64,000 nucleotides of DNA from Casimicrobiaceae bacterium (GCA_035536295.1 DATLOI010000127.1:26493-90492), one strand, 5' to 3'. Shown: positions 9,292 to 18,552, counted from the stretch's first letter. The notes: generated from the sequence alone by a model not told the origin. A program made the numbers and translations.

Positions 9292-10578
9292 ATGGACGCG
9301 CTCGTTCTCCTGGGCTCGTTCGCGCTCCTCTGTGCGCTTGCGCTGCCGGTGGCCTACGCGCTCGGATTGGCGGCGCTGATCGCCGCGTTCTGGGTGGACA
9401 TCCCGCTCGAGGCGGTGATGCTGAAGATCTCCGACGGCACCGACGACTTTGCGCTCCTCGCGATCCCGTTCTTCGTGCTCGCCGGCGCGATCATGGCCGA
9501 AGGCGGCATGGCCATGCGCCTCATCAATCTGGCGCGGGTGTTCGTCGGCTTCATCCGCGGGGGCCTTGCACTCGTCAATATTCTCGCGAGCACGCTGTTC
9601 GGATGCATCTCGGGGTCGTCGGTGGCGGACACCGCATCGATCGGCAGCGTGATGATTCCGCAGATGGTCAAGGCCGGCTATCCGCGCGTCTTCGCGACCA
9701 ACGTGACCATCTGCGGATCGGTGCAGGCGCTGTTGATTCCGCCATCGCACAACGCCGTGATCTACTCGCTGGCGGCAGGTGGAACGATCTCTGTTGCCAA
9801 ACTGTTCATCGCCGGAATCCTGCCGGGCCTGTTGTTCGGGCTGTGCCTGATCGGCCTCGTTCTGTGGACAGCACACCGGCGGCAATATCCGAAGGGCGAG
9901 CCGATCCCGCTGGCGCAAGTCCCGAGGATCGTGATCGACGCACTGTGGGGACTCGTCACGGTTGTCATCATCATGGGCGGCATCCTGTCGGGCGTATTTA
10001 CGCCAACCGAATCGGCAGCGGTCGCCTGCGTGTATGCGTTTCTGGTGACGTTCCTCGTCTATCGCGACTATAAATGGCGCGAGCTTCCGCATCTCGTGCA
10101 TCGCGTCGTCAAGACGGTCGCGATGGTAATGATGCTGATCGGCTTTTCGGTCGCGTTCGGCTACATGATGGCGATCATGCAGATTCCGGCGAAGGTGACG
10201 TCGTTCTTTCTGACCGTTTCCGAGAACAAGTATGTGTTCCTCTTTCTGGTAAACATCCTGCTGCTGATTCTCGGTACGTTCATGGATCTCGCGCCGATGC
10301 TCTTGATCTGCACGCCGATCTTCCTGCCGGTCATCGTCAAGCTCGGCATCGATCCCGTGCACTTCGGCATGATCATGATCCTGAATCTCGGCATCGGGCT
10401 GATCACCCCGCCGGTGGGCCCGACGCTTTTCGTCGGCTGCGCGATCGGCAAGGTGACGATGGAAGAGGTCAGTCGTGAGCTATGGCCTTTCTACGGCGCG
10501 ATGTGCCTTGCGCTTTTGCTGGTCACCTACATTCCCGGACTGTCGCTGTGGCTTCCTGCGCTGTTCGGCACACGCTAA
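9292..10578 (+). CDS. TRAP transporter large permease (DctM family)
   Basis: 428-aa polytopic membrane protein with DctM-type sequence. 2-nt gap after the Q gene. Confidence 0.9.
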   Translation: MDALVLLGSFALLCALALPVAYALGLAALIAAFWVDIPLEAVMLKISDGTDDFALLAIPFFVLAGAIMAEGGMAMRLINLARVFVGFIRGGLALVNILASTLFGCISGSSVADTASIGSVMIPQMVKAGYPRVFATNVTICGSVQALLIPPSHNAVIYSLAAGGTISVAKLFIAGILPGLLFGLCLIGLVLWTAHRRQYPKGEPIPLAQVPRIVIDALWGLVTVVIIMGGILSGVFTPTESAAVACVYAFLVTFLVYRDYKWRELPHLVHRVVKTVAMVMMLIGFSVAFGYMMAIMQIPAKVTSFFLTVSENKYVFLFLVNILLLILGTFMDLAPMLLICTPIFLPVIVKLGIDPVHFGMIMILNLGIGLITPPVGPTLFVGCAIGKVTMEEVSRELWPFYGAMCLALLLVTYIPGLSLWLPALFGTR

Positions 10579-10600
10579 ATTGCAATCGGGAATGCCACGA

Positions 10601-11580
10601 TGGCCTCGTACACGTTGAACAGACGCCAACTCGTCTCCTTGTTGTTACTGCTGGCCGCGTCGCCACGGGCAGTCCGCCGCAGCAGCCGACGCCGCGCATC
10701 GGATACGTGACAACGGTGATGCGCCGCAGCGTGTTCGAGGACACTTTCGAAGAGGGACTTGCCGATCTCGGGTACGTCCAAGGCAAGTCGATCCACATCG
10801 ACTATCGATTCGCTTTCGAGAGCGCGCCTCAGCTCGAAGCGGCGCTAGCCGACCTTGTCGAGCGGAAAGTCGACGTCATCGTTGCAACCGGCACCAACGT
10901 CACGAGCGCCGCAATGAAGGCGACGAAAACGATTCCGATCGTGATGACGACCGCGGGTGATCCGGTCGCAAGCGGACTGGTCGCCAATCTTTCGCGTCCC
11001 GGGGGGAATGTCACCGGGTATTCGATGTACACGCGCGATCAGCGCCAAGCGCCTGCAAGTGTTCGCCGAGGCGATGCCCGGGATGCGGCGAGTGGGGATA
11101 CTTTTCAACGAACGCTATGGCCCGCGTCCCCGGGCGCTGCTCGAGACCGAGGCGGCCGCCGAAGCGCTGAAGCTCGAGCTCGTTACGCTGCCGACGGGGT
11201 TTCCGAACGGCGTGCAATCGGCGTTCGCCCGGGCGAGGCGCGAGAATATCCAAGGCGTTGTCATCCTGTCGGATCCGGCAACGATCTCTCAGCGCGGCGA
11301 CCTCGGCAGCGCGGCGATCGACGCGCGCCTGCCCACGATGTTCGCGAACAAGCAGTACCTCGAGGGCCGCGGGCTGATGAGCTACGGCCCGGATATCCTC
11401 CAGGCGTTTCGACGCGCTGCCTCGTATACGGATCGCATTCTGAAAGGCGCGAAGCCGGGTGAGCTGGCCGTCGAGCAGCCTGCACGATTCGAGCTCGCTG
11501 TGAACCTGGCGACGGCGAAGCTCATCGGTATCACGATTCCGGCGTAGCTGTTGCAGCGCGCCGACGTGGTGATCCGCTGA
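10601..11580 (+). pseudogene. Decayed ABC-transporter substrate-binding protein (PF04392-like family)
   Basis: The family-typical sequence is split over three frames plus an in-frame stop. Signal peptide frame from ATG 10601 (MASYTLNRRQLVSLLLLLAASP...). Core in the frame of track ORF 10482..11462 (PRIGYV...KVDVIVATGT...TIPIVMTTAGDPVASGLVANLSRPGGNVTG). Remainder in the frame of ORF 10957..11547 (AKRLQVFAEAMPGMRRVGILFN...GLMSYGPDILQAFRRAASYTDRILKGAKPGELAVEQPARFELAVNLATAKLIGITIPA). TAG at 11545-11547 is followed in frame by the conserved tail LLQRADVVIR and TGA at 11578-11580. Confidence 0.7.
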
Positions 11581-11598
11581 GCGAAACGCGCTACACGA

Positions 11599-11976
11599 TC
11601 AGCGTGCTTCCAATTCGAGCAGCGTCTTAAACCCACCCCAGAACATCCGCTTGCCGTCGAACGGCATCGTCGCAGGGTCCATCATGTCCTTCAAGCGCGG
11701 GTCTTCCATGACCTTCGCGTTGATGCGATCGCGATCCTCGCGCGAAGCGTAGACGATCCACGCGAACACGACCGTCTCGTCATCTTTCAGCTGCACGCTC
11801 TGCGGGAATGACGTGAGCTTGCCCGGCTTCACGTCGTCGCCGATGCATTCCCAGTATTGCAATGCGCCGTGCTCGAGCCAGACTTTGCCTGCCAGCGCCG
11901 CCATCTTGCGGTATTCGTCGACTTTGCTGGTGGACAGCGGAAGCACGAATCCATCGACGTAGTGCGCCATAGTCAA
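11599..11976 (-). CDS. DUF1428-family protein
   Basis: 125 aa with a natural composition, resembling DUF1428/YbaA-like proteins (MAHYVDGFVLPL...FDGKRMFWGGF). 24 nt downstream of the DMGDH-like gene. Confidence 0.75.
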   Translation of the reverse strand: MTMAHYVDGFVLPLSTSKVDEYRKMAALAGKVWLEHGALQYWECIGDDVKPGKLTSFPQSVQLKDDETVVFAWIVYASREDRDRINAKVMEDPRLKDMMDPATMPFDGKRMFWGGFKTLLELEAR

Positions 11977-12000
11977 CTCCTTGCATGTAAAAGCAGGAGT

Positions 12001-14421
12001 CTACCGCGGTGGCTCGACATGCGGCGTGACATTCACGAGGGCGTCGTTGAGCTCGACGGCACAGCGTGCATTCAAGATCGCAGCGTCATCCAACGCGTCG
12101 CCGCGCGCATAGCCCATCGCGATCGCGCGTCCGAGCTTGCGGCTGTAGCCTGCGGACGTGATTTCCCCGACGGGTTTTCCATTCATGTGGATCGGCTCGC
12201 CTCCCCAGGGAAACGCAGCACGATCATCAAAAGTGAAATGCACGAGGCGCTTACGCAAAAACGCATGTGCCTGCGCGAGTAGAGCATCGCGGCCGGTGAA
12301 CGCTACGGCCTTGTCGAGCTTCACGGCGAAGCTTAAGCCTGCTTCGAACGGCGTCTCGTCGGGCGAGAGCTCCGCGCCCCAGGCGCGCCGGCCAGCTTCG
12401 ATGCGCAACGCGTCGATCGTGTAATAGCCGGCATCCTGCAATCCGAATCGGGCGCCCGCGTCCTGCAGGGCTTCATATAGCGTGATGCATTGCTCGACGG
12501 GGACGTACAGCTCGAATCCCGGCCCCCCGACGTAGCTCATGCGTGCCGCACGAACGCGTGCGTAGCCCACGTCGACTTCGCGTGCAGTGGAGAACGGAAT
12601 CGAGGCCCGCGAGAAATCATCGCGCGACAAGAGCGCGAGAAGGGCTTCCGCGTGCGGTCCCATCAGTGACAGCACGCACCACGCGCCCGTCACGTCGACC
12701 AGCGCGGCGTGCTCGTTGTCCTCGATATGCCGCTCGATCCAGGAAAAGTCGCGCGTCGCTTGTCCGGAACCGGTGACGATGAAATACTCGTTGCGCGCAA
12801 CGCGCAGCACCGTGAGATCGCTCTCGATGCCGCCGCGACGGTTCAGCATCGCCGTGTACACGATGCGGCCGATGACAACGTCGATGTCGTTCGCACACAA
12901 TCGCTGCAGAACCGCGGTGGCATCACGGCCTTTGAGAACGAATTTTGCAAACGAGGTTTGATCGAAGACGACGACGTTTTCTCGACACGCGCGCTGCTCT
13001 TCCAGCATGTAGGGCAGCCAACCGGGCGCGAGCAACGTGGGTGCGGGCTCGTGCTCGCCATCGGGCAGGAAATAATTCGCACGCTCCCAATTGAGCTTGG
13101 TGCCGAATACCGCGCCGTTCGCTTTCAATCGATCGTAGAGCGGCGAGCGGCGCAACGGGCGCACGGTGACGAGCTCCTCGCGCGGCCAGCGCATCGCGTA
13201 GTGCAATCCGAGCGTCTCGACGGTGCGATCGGCGAGATGTTTCGCGTTCGCATGGAATCCCGCGAAGCGGCGGATGTCGACATCCCAAAGGTCGACCGGC
13301 GGCTCACCATCGACGATCCATTGCGCGACGAGTTGTCCTGCGCCTCCCGAGTTCGCTATGCCGGCCGAGTTGAAGCCCGCGCAAACGAAGAATCCGCGCA
13401 CGTTCGGAGCTTCGCCCAAGAGGAAGTTGCCGTCGAGCGTGAAGCTTTCGGGACCGTTCAACAGCATTTTCACCGGCGCCGTTTCGAGACAGGGCGTGCG
13501 GTGAATCGCATTGTTCATCAGCACTTCGAACTGGTCCCAATCCTCCGGTAGCAACTGGAATTCAAACTTGGTCGGGATCGGATCGACGCTCCAGGGCTTC
13601 GCGGTTGGCTCGAAACCGCCCATGACAAGGCCGCCGACCTCCTCCTTGTAATAAATGAAGCCGTCGGGATCACGAATGACCGGAAGGTCGGGGGTCACGC
13701 CTTCGATGCGCTCGGTGACGAGATAAAAGTGCTCGGCAGACCAGAGCGGAACCGTGACGCCGGCGAGACGTCCGAGCGCACGCGCCCATTGACCGGCGCA
13801 ATTAACGATCGTTTCGCAAACAATTTCACCGCTTGCCTCGCCGTCATTCCAAGCAACACCACGCACGCGGCCGCGGTCGATGTCCACACGTGTCACCTCG
13901 ACGCCTTCGATGATCGTGGCGCCTCGCGTTCGCGCACCTTTGGCGAGCGACATCGCAAGGTCGGTCGGATTCGCTTTGCCGTCGCCGGGAATCCACACAG
14001 CGCCCGCAAGATCGTCGGTGCGAAGTATCGACGCAATGCGCTTCGCTTCGGAAGCGCTCACGAACTCGAACTCGACGCCGAAGCTTTTCGCACGCGCCAT
14101 CTGTCGTTGCATCAGCATCAGTCGCTCGGGCGTTTTCGCGACGTTGAGTGAACCGCATTGCTTCCAGCCGGTGGCAAGACCGGTCTCGCGCTCGAGCGAG
14201 GCGTAAAGCTCGATGCCATAGCGGCTCATGCGCGTTGCGTTACGCGTTGCACGCGTCTGGCCGACGAGGCCCGCCGCGTGCCACGTCGTGCCGCAGGTAA
14301 GACGGCCTTGTTCGAGCAGCACGACATCTTTTACGCCGAGCTTCGTCAGGTGATATGCAGTCGAGCAGCCGGCGATGCCGCCGCCGACGATGACAACGCG
14401 GGCGTGCGTGGGCACATTCAT
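12001..14421 (-). CDS. FAD-dependent oxidoreductase with C-terminal GcvT-type folate-binding domain (dimethylglycine/sarcosine dehydrogenase family), paralogue 1
   Basis: ATG 14421 gives MNVPTHARVVIVGGGIAGCSTAYHL (dinucleotide fold). TWHAAGLVG covalent-FAD-type motif. About 400 aa of aminomethyltransferase-like C-terminus. Substrate unknown. Confidence 0.85.
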   Translation of the reverse strand: MNVPTHARVVIVGGGIAGCSTAYHLTKLGVKDVVLLEQGRLTCGTTWHAAGLVGQTRATRNATRMSRYGIELYASLERETGLATGWKQCGSLNVAKTPERLMLMQRQMARAKSFGVEFEFVSASEAKRIASILRTDDLAGAVWIPGDGKANPTDLAMSLAKGARTRGATIIEGVEVTRVDIDRGRVRGVAWNDGEASGEIVCETIVNCAGQWARALGRLAGVTVPLWSAEHFYLVTERIEGVTPDLPVIRDPDGFIYYKEEVGGLVMGGFEPTAKPWSVDPIPTKFEFQLLPEDWDQFEVLMNNAIHRTPCLETAPVKMLLNGPESFTLDGNFLLGEAPNVRGFFVCAGFNSAGIANSGGAGQLVAQWIVDGEPPVDLWDVDIRRFAGFHANAKHLADRTVETLGLHYAMRWPREELVTVRPLRRSPLYDRLKANGAVFGTKLNWERANYFLPDGEHEPAPTLLAPGWLPYMLEEQRACRENVVVFDQTSFAKFVLKGRDATAVLQRLCANDIDVVIGRIVYTAMLNRRGGIESDLTVLRVARNEYFIVTGSGQATRDFSWIERHIEDNEHAALVDVTGAWCVLSLMGPHAEALLALLSRDDFSRASIPFSTAREVDVGYARVRAARMSYVGGPGFELYVPVEQCITLYEALQDAGARFGLQDAGYYTIDALRIEAGRRAWGAELSPDETPFEAGLSFAVKLDKAVAFTGRDALLAQAHAFLRKRLVHFTFDDRAAFPWGGEPIHMNGKPVGEITSAGYSRKLGRAIAMGYARGDALDDAAILNARCAVELNDALVNVTPHVEPPR

Positions 14422-14434
14422 CGCGAATCTCCCG

Positions 14435-15286
14435 TCAAAATCGTAGCGCGGCGACACCCACCGCCACGCCGATTGCGCCGGCAATGCGTCTCCATCCGAA
14501 GCTTTCCTTCAGAAACAAAGCACCCATCAACGCCGCAAACACGACCGACACTTCGCGCAGTGCAGCGACGACCGCAACCGGCGCGCGCGTCATTGCCCAC
14601 AACGCAATGGCATAGGCGCCAAAGCTGGCAGCGCCTGCAAGGAATGCGCGGCGCCTGCGCAGCCAGAAATAGTCGACCGCGGGGCGACCGCGTTGCCAAA
14701 CAATCCATGTCAGATACGGCACGCCGTCGAGGCACGTCAACCACACCGCGTACGACCATGCGCTGCCGGCGATACGCGCACCGGCGCCATCGATCAGCGT
14801 GTAGATCGCGATGATCGCGGCGTTTGCGAGCGCGTACAGCGCAGCCGCGACGGTGTGACGTCCGCTCGCGAACCACGCAATGGTCAGGATGCCGGCCGAA
14901 ATGAGAATGATGCCGCCCAGCATCGGCGCGCTGAGGCGTTCGTGCAGGAACACGACTCCGAGCAGCGTCACGATCAGTGGCGCCACGCCTCGCATCAACG
15001 GATAGGCGAACGAAAGGTCGCCGCGGCGATACGCCGCGCCAAGCAGAAGGTAGTAGACGAAGTGAACGGCCATCGATGCAAACACGAACGGCCACGCTTC
15101 GCGTGATGGCGGGGAAACGAACAGCAACAGCGGAACGCACAAAAACGTCGTGCCGGCGACAACCAGCGCTGTATCGAGCACCGGATCGCCGGCGGCCGAT
15201 TTCAAAAGCGCGTTCCAGAGCGCATGCAGAAAGCCCGCGCCCAGAACGGCAAGCGTCACCGCAAGCGAGATGTCGGGCGCCGGCAA
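14435..15286 (-). CDS. EamA/DMT-family transporter
   Basis: 283 aa, about 10 hydrophobic segments, EamA-like N-terminus (LAVLGAGFLHALWNALLK). 13 nt upstream of the DMGDH-like gene. Confidence 0.75.
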   Translation of the reverse strand: MPAPDISLAVTLAVLGAGFLHALWNALLKSAAGDPVLDTALVVAGTTFLCVPLLLFVSPPSREAWPFVFASMAVHFVYYLLLGAAYRRGDLSFAYPLMRGVAPLIVTLLGVVFLHERLSAPMLGGIILISAGILTIAWFASGRHTVAAALYALANAAIIAIYTLIDGAGARIAGSAWSYAVWLTCLDGVPYLTWIVWQRGRPAVDYFWLRRRRAFLAGAASFGAYAIALWAMTRAPVAVVAALREVSVVFAALMGALFLKESFGWRRIAGAIGVAVGVAALRF

Positions 15287-15400
15287 CGTTAGTTGGGAAG
15301 TGGCCGGAAGAGCGCGGCGCCCGCAACAGTCTCGTTTTTTCGTGCCGTTGCCGGCGACCGCCGCCGGGCCGCCCCAAGGCGAGGCGCGAAAATTCGTTCC

Positions 15401-15462
15401 GATGCAAAAGGCGCAACGCCGAAGTTACACTTCACTCTGAACCCTCGGACGCCTTTTGCATC
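15401..15462 (-). terminator. Candidate terminator/long hairpin after the Na/Pi transporter gene
   Basis: Perfect 13-bp inverted repeat GATGCAAAAGGCG (15401-15413) / CGCCTTTTGCATC (15450-15462) with a 36-nt spacer. Starts 6 nt after the stop at 15469-15471. A short U-run (AAUUUUCG) follows on the minus-strand transcript. Confidence 0.4.
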
Positions 15463-15468
15463 GGCTAA

Positions 15469-17187
15469 TCAAACGCCGCGCGGCGCGCTGTTCAATTCGT
15501 CGCTCTTCGGCTCGTCGCCGTCGGCGAGCGCTGCCACGGTCTCGGCAGTCGGCGTCATCAAGCGTGTTCGCGCGAGCACACCTGCATCCTCGAGAATCGG
15601 ATAAGCGACCGAGCAGAAGTGCGAATTGATGCGACGCATGTCGGAGATGAGATCGAGATGCAGCGACGAGGTCTCGATGCTTTCGATCGTGTTACCGGCA
15701 AGGCGGGCGAGATGCGAGTTGGCGTAGGCGCGCTCCAAATCGCGAACGATGACTTTCTGCGCGAGCAATTCCTGCGCGCTCTTCTGATCGCCGTGCAGGA
15801 AAACGCTCGTGGCTAGGCGCAGGTTGCAAACCAGGCGACCATGCAGATCCGTGATTTCGAGCATTCCCGCGTCCGAAAAGCTGTGGCCCTTGTCGATCTT
15901 GCGATCCTCGATGTCGGCGAGAATGCGCTCGATGATGTCGCCGACCTGCTCGAGATTGATCGTGAACGATACGATGTCGGTCCAGCGGCGGCTTTCGCGC
16001 TCGTCGAGCGCGCCGCGGGGAACCTGCGTCAAATAGAGCTTGACCGCCGTGTAGAGCTCGTCCACGACGTCGTCCTTTTTGCGCAGCCGCTCGGCCTTGT
16101 CGCGATCGTTGGTTTGCAGCACGACCAGCATCCCGCGCAACATTTCGTCGATGACATCGGCGATGCGCAAGGTCTCGCGCGCGGCATTGCCGATCGCCAG
16201 AGCGGGCGTTTCGAGCGCCGAAGGATCGAGATGACGCGGCTTCTCGGCGCCTTCGGAAGGAGGCGGCGAGGGCATCAGTCGCTCGGTGAACTTTGCGATG
16301 CGCTCGGTCAGCCCGACGAACACGATCGCGAGCACCGTGTTGAACGCCAAGTGAAACAACACGACTTCATGCGCGGCTGAAACGTTCACGCGATCGATGA
16401 CTGTGCTCGCATAGCTCACGAGCGGCATTGCAAGCACGACGCCGATCAACTTGAATAGAAAGTTGCCGAGCGTGACGCGCCGCGCCTCGATCTCGGAATG
16501 CAGCGTCGACAGCACGGCGAGAAGACCGCTGCCGAGATTCGCGCCCAGCACGATGCCGAGCGCGACTTCGGGGCCGACGAGCGAGAGTGATGCGAACGTC
16601 GCGACGAGCAGCACCACCGCAAGGCTCGAGTACACGACAACGGTGATCAAAGCACCTGCGAGCACGTCGAGCATCACGTCGCCCGTGAGCGATGCGAACA
16701 GCACCTTGACACCCGCGGTGTCGACAACGGGATGCGCGGCGGTGCGAATCCACTGCAATGCGAACAGGATGAGTCCGAGGCCGATCAGGATGCGACCCAG
16801 CCGGCCCGACGTCGATGCCTGCTTGCGCAGGAACAACGTGACGCCGACGACGATCAGAATCGGCGCCAGGAAGTCGAGATCGAACGACAGCACCAGCGTG
16901 ACGATCGACGTGCCGACGTCGGCGCCGAGCATCACCGCAAGTGCAGGGGCTGTCGCGATCAATCCCTGTCCCGCGAATGCGGCAACGATCAAAGCGGTCG
17001 CGGTGCTGCTTTGCAGCAGAGCGGTCACCGAAAGTCCTGCACCGAAGGCACGCCAGCGACTGCTCGTGCTGTGACGCAGCAGACGTCGCAAAACGCTTCC
17101 GTATTGGCGCAGGATGCCGGTGCGGACGAAGTGCGTTCCCCATACGAGCAACGCAACACCAGCCAAAAGATCGAGCAGTATTTTCAC
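15469..17187 (-). CDS. Na/Pi-cotransporter family protein with C-terminal PhoU-like domain (YjbB type)
   Basis: GTG at 17187 (GTGA overlap with the upstream stop) gives VKILLDLLAGVALLVWGTHFVRTGILRQYG, the typical N-terminus of this family. Duplicated NaPi_cotrn repeats followed by a soluble helical domain. Confidence 0.85.
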   Translation of the reverse strand: MKILLDLLAGVALLVWGTHFVRTGILRQYGSVLRRLLRHSTSSRWRAFGAGLSVTALLQSSTATALIVAAFAGQGLIATAPALAVMLGADVGTSIVTLVLSFDLDFLAPILIVVGVTLFLRKQASTSGRLGRILIGLGLILFALQWIRTAAHPVVDTAGVKVLFASLTGDVMLDVLAGALITVVVYSSLAVVLLVATFASLSLVGPEVALGIVLGANLGSGLLAVLSTLHSEIEARRVTLGNFLFKLIGVVLAMPLVSYASTVIDRVNVSAAHEVVLFHLAFNTVLAIVFVGLTERIAKFTERLMPSPPPSEGAEKPRHLDPSALETPALAIGNAARETLRIADVIDEMLRGMLVVLQTNDRDKAERLRKKDDVVDELYTAVKLYLTQVPRGALDERESRRWTDIVSFTINLEQVGDIIERILADIEDRKIDKGHSFSDAGMLEITDLHGRLVCNLRLATSVFLHGDQKSAQELLAQKVIVRDLERAYANSHLARLAGNTIESIETSSLHLDLISDMRRINSHFCSVAYPILEDAGVLARTRLMTPTAETVAALADGDEPKSDELNSAPRGV

Positions 17188-18551
17188 GCGCTTGCAGCGG
17201 TCAGTGCCGCATCGAGAATGTCCAGCGCGCGATCGAGATCGTCTTGCGCGATGACGAGTGGTGGTGAAAGCACCAGCACGTTGCCCTGGCCGATCTTGAA
17301 CGAAAGCCCGTTGGCGAGGCATTCGTACATCACCTGCTCGGCCTGGTCGCGCGCCGGCGTGCCGTCGCGATGGCGGAGCTCGATGCCCAACAGCAGCCCG
17401 ATCCCGCGCACGTCGGCAACGAGCGCGTGCCGCGAACGCATGTCCAGTAGACGACACTGCGCGTACTCGCCCAGATGCTGCGATCGCTCGCAAAGCCGCT
17501 CGTCGGCGATGACGTCCAGCGTCGCCAGTGCCGCTGCACAGCCAACCGAGCTCTTCTCGTGTGTGTAGTGCCCCAACGCCATCGTGCGCGCCACGTCGAG
17601 CTCGCGACGTGCGATCAACGCCGCCATCGGCATCACCGCACCGCCCAGCCCCTTGCCGAGCACGACGATGTCGGGCGCGACGTCGTAGTGCTGGAATGCA
17701 AACATTGTGCCGGTGCGTCCAAGCGCGATCGGAACCTCGTCGAGGATCAGCAAAGTACCGTGGCGATCGCAGGCGTCGCGCAACTTTTGGTAATACGCAG
17801 CTGGCGGAACCTGAACATCGGTCGAGCGAATCGTCTCGATGATGACCGCGGCGACATCTTCCTCCTTGTCGAGCATGTACGCGATGTACTCGGCGCAGCG
17901 CGCGTTGCACGTTCCATTGCAGCCGAAGCGGCAATCGCGCGGATCACAGGGCGGCGCGTGCTCGGCGCCGGCCAATAACGGACCGATGCCGCGCCGGAAC
18001 ATCGCTTCACCGCCAATCGATATCGCATCCAGCGACGCACCGTGAAAGCTATCCCACAACGAGATCGTCTTGTGACGACCAGTCACGGCGCGCGCGAGCT
18101 TCAGCGCCATTCCGATCGCAAGCGCGCCGCTTGGCGCGAACAGCACTTTGCCCAACGGATCCGGCGCGAGCGCAACCAGACGCTCGGCAAGCTCGACAGC
18201 ATGTGAATTGGTGAAACGGCGCGGTGAGAATGGAAGCGTGTCGAGCGCGTCTTTGACCGCCGCGATCACGCGCGGATGTCGATAGCCGACCTGGTGCACG
18301 CTGTTGCCGTGAAAGTCCATGATGCGACGACCGTCACGGTCGGTGAGCCAGATGCCTTCGCTCTCGACTAATGAATCGAAGCATGGCGTGGACAGCGATT
18401 GATGCAAGAACACCGCGCTGTCGCGCTCGAGCCACGCCCGCGTCGCCTCACCGACGTGCGTCGCCTCGTAACGTTGACGGCGCGGGGAAAGATTGACGTC
18501 GCCTTCGAAGGCGAGCTCGCCGATCGACAACGGTGGAGGAGGCGCGTTCAT
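17184..18551 (-). CDS. Class-III (fold type I) PLP enzyme, aminotransferase-like. Candidate (R)-1-hydroxy-2-aminoethylphosphonate ammonia-lyase (PbfA-like) or aminophosphonate transaminase
   Basis: 455 aa. LILDEVPIALGRTGTMFAFQHYDVAPDIVVLGKGLGG region with the PLP-lysine context typical of class-III aminotransferases. Sits inside the phnA-phnY operon. The specific function is contextual inference only. Confidence 0.8.
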   Translation of the reverse strand: MNAPPPPLSIGELAFEGDVNLSPRRQRYEATHVGEATRAWLERDSAVFLHQSLSTPCFDSLVESEGIWLTDRDGRRIMDFHGNSVHQVGYRHPRVIAAVKDALDTLPFSPRRFTNSHAVELAERLVALAPDPLGKVLFAPSGALAIGMALKLARAVTGRHKTISLWDSFHGASLDAISIGGEAMFRRGIGPLLAGAEHAPPCDPRDCRFGCNGTCNARCAEYIAYMLDKEEDVAAVIIETIRSTDVQVPPAAYYQKLRDACDRHGTLLILDEVPIALGRTGTMFAFQHYDVAPDIVVLGKGLGGAVMPMAALIARRELDVARTMALGHYTHEKSSVGCAAALATLDVIADERLCERSQHLGEYAQCRLLDMRSRHALVADVRGIGLLLGIELRHRDGTPARDQAEQVMYECLANGLSFKIGQGNVLVLSPPLVIAQDDLDRALDILDAALTAASA

Positions 18552-18552
18552 C

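Noticed and set aside
10482-11462. 326-aa ORF as an intact binding-protein gene
   Set aside because: It starts inside dctM, lacks a signal peptide in frame, and turns into Arg-rich nonsense after NVTGYS. The rest of the family sequence continues in another frame.
15469-17934. 821-aa ORF suggesting a much longer Na/Pi transporter
   Set aside because: The first 249 codons are an Arg-rich out-of-frame read through the aminotransferase gene. The family-typical N-terminus begins at the GTG at 17187, which overlaps the upstream stop.
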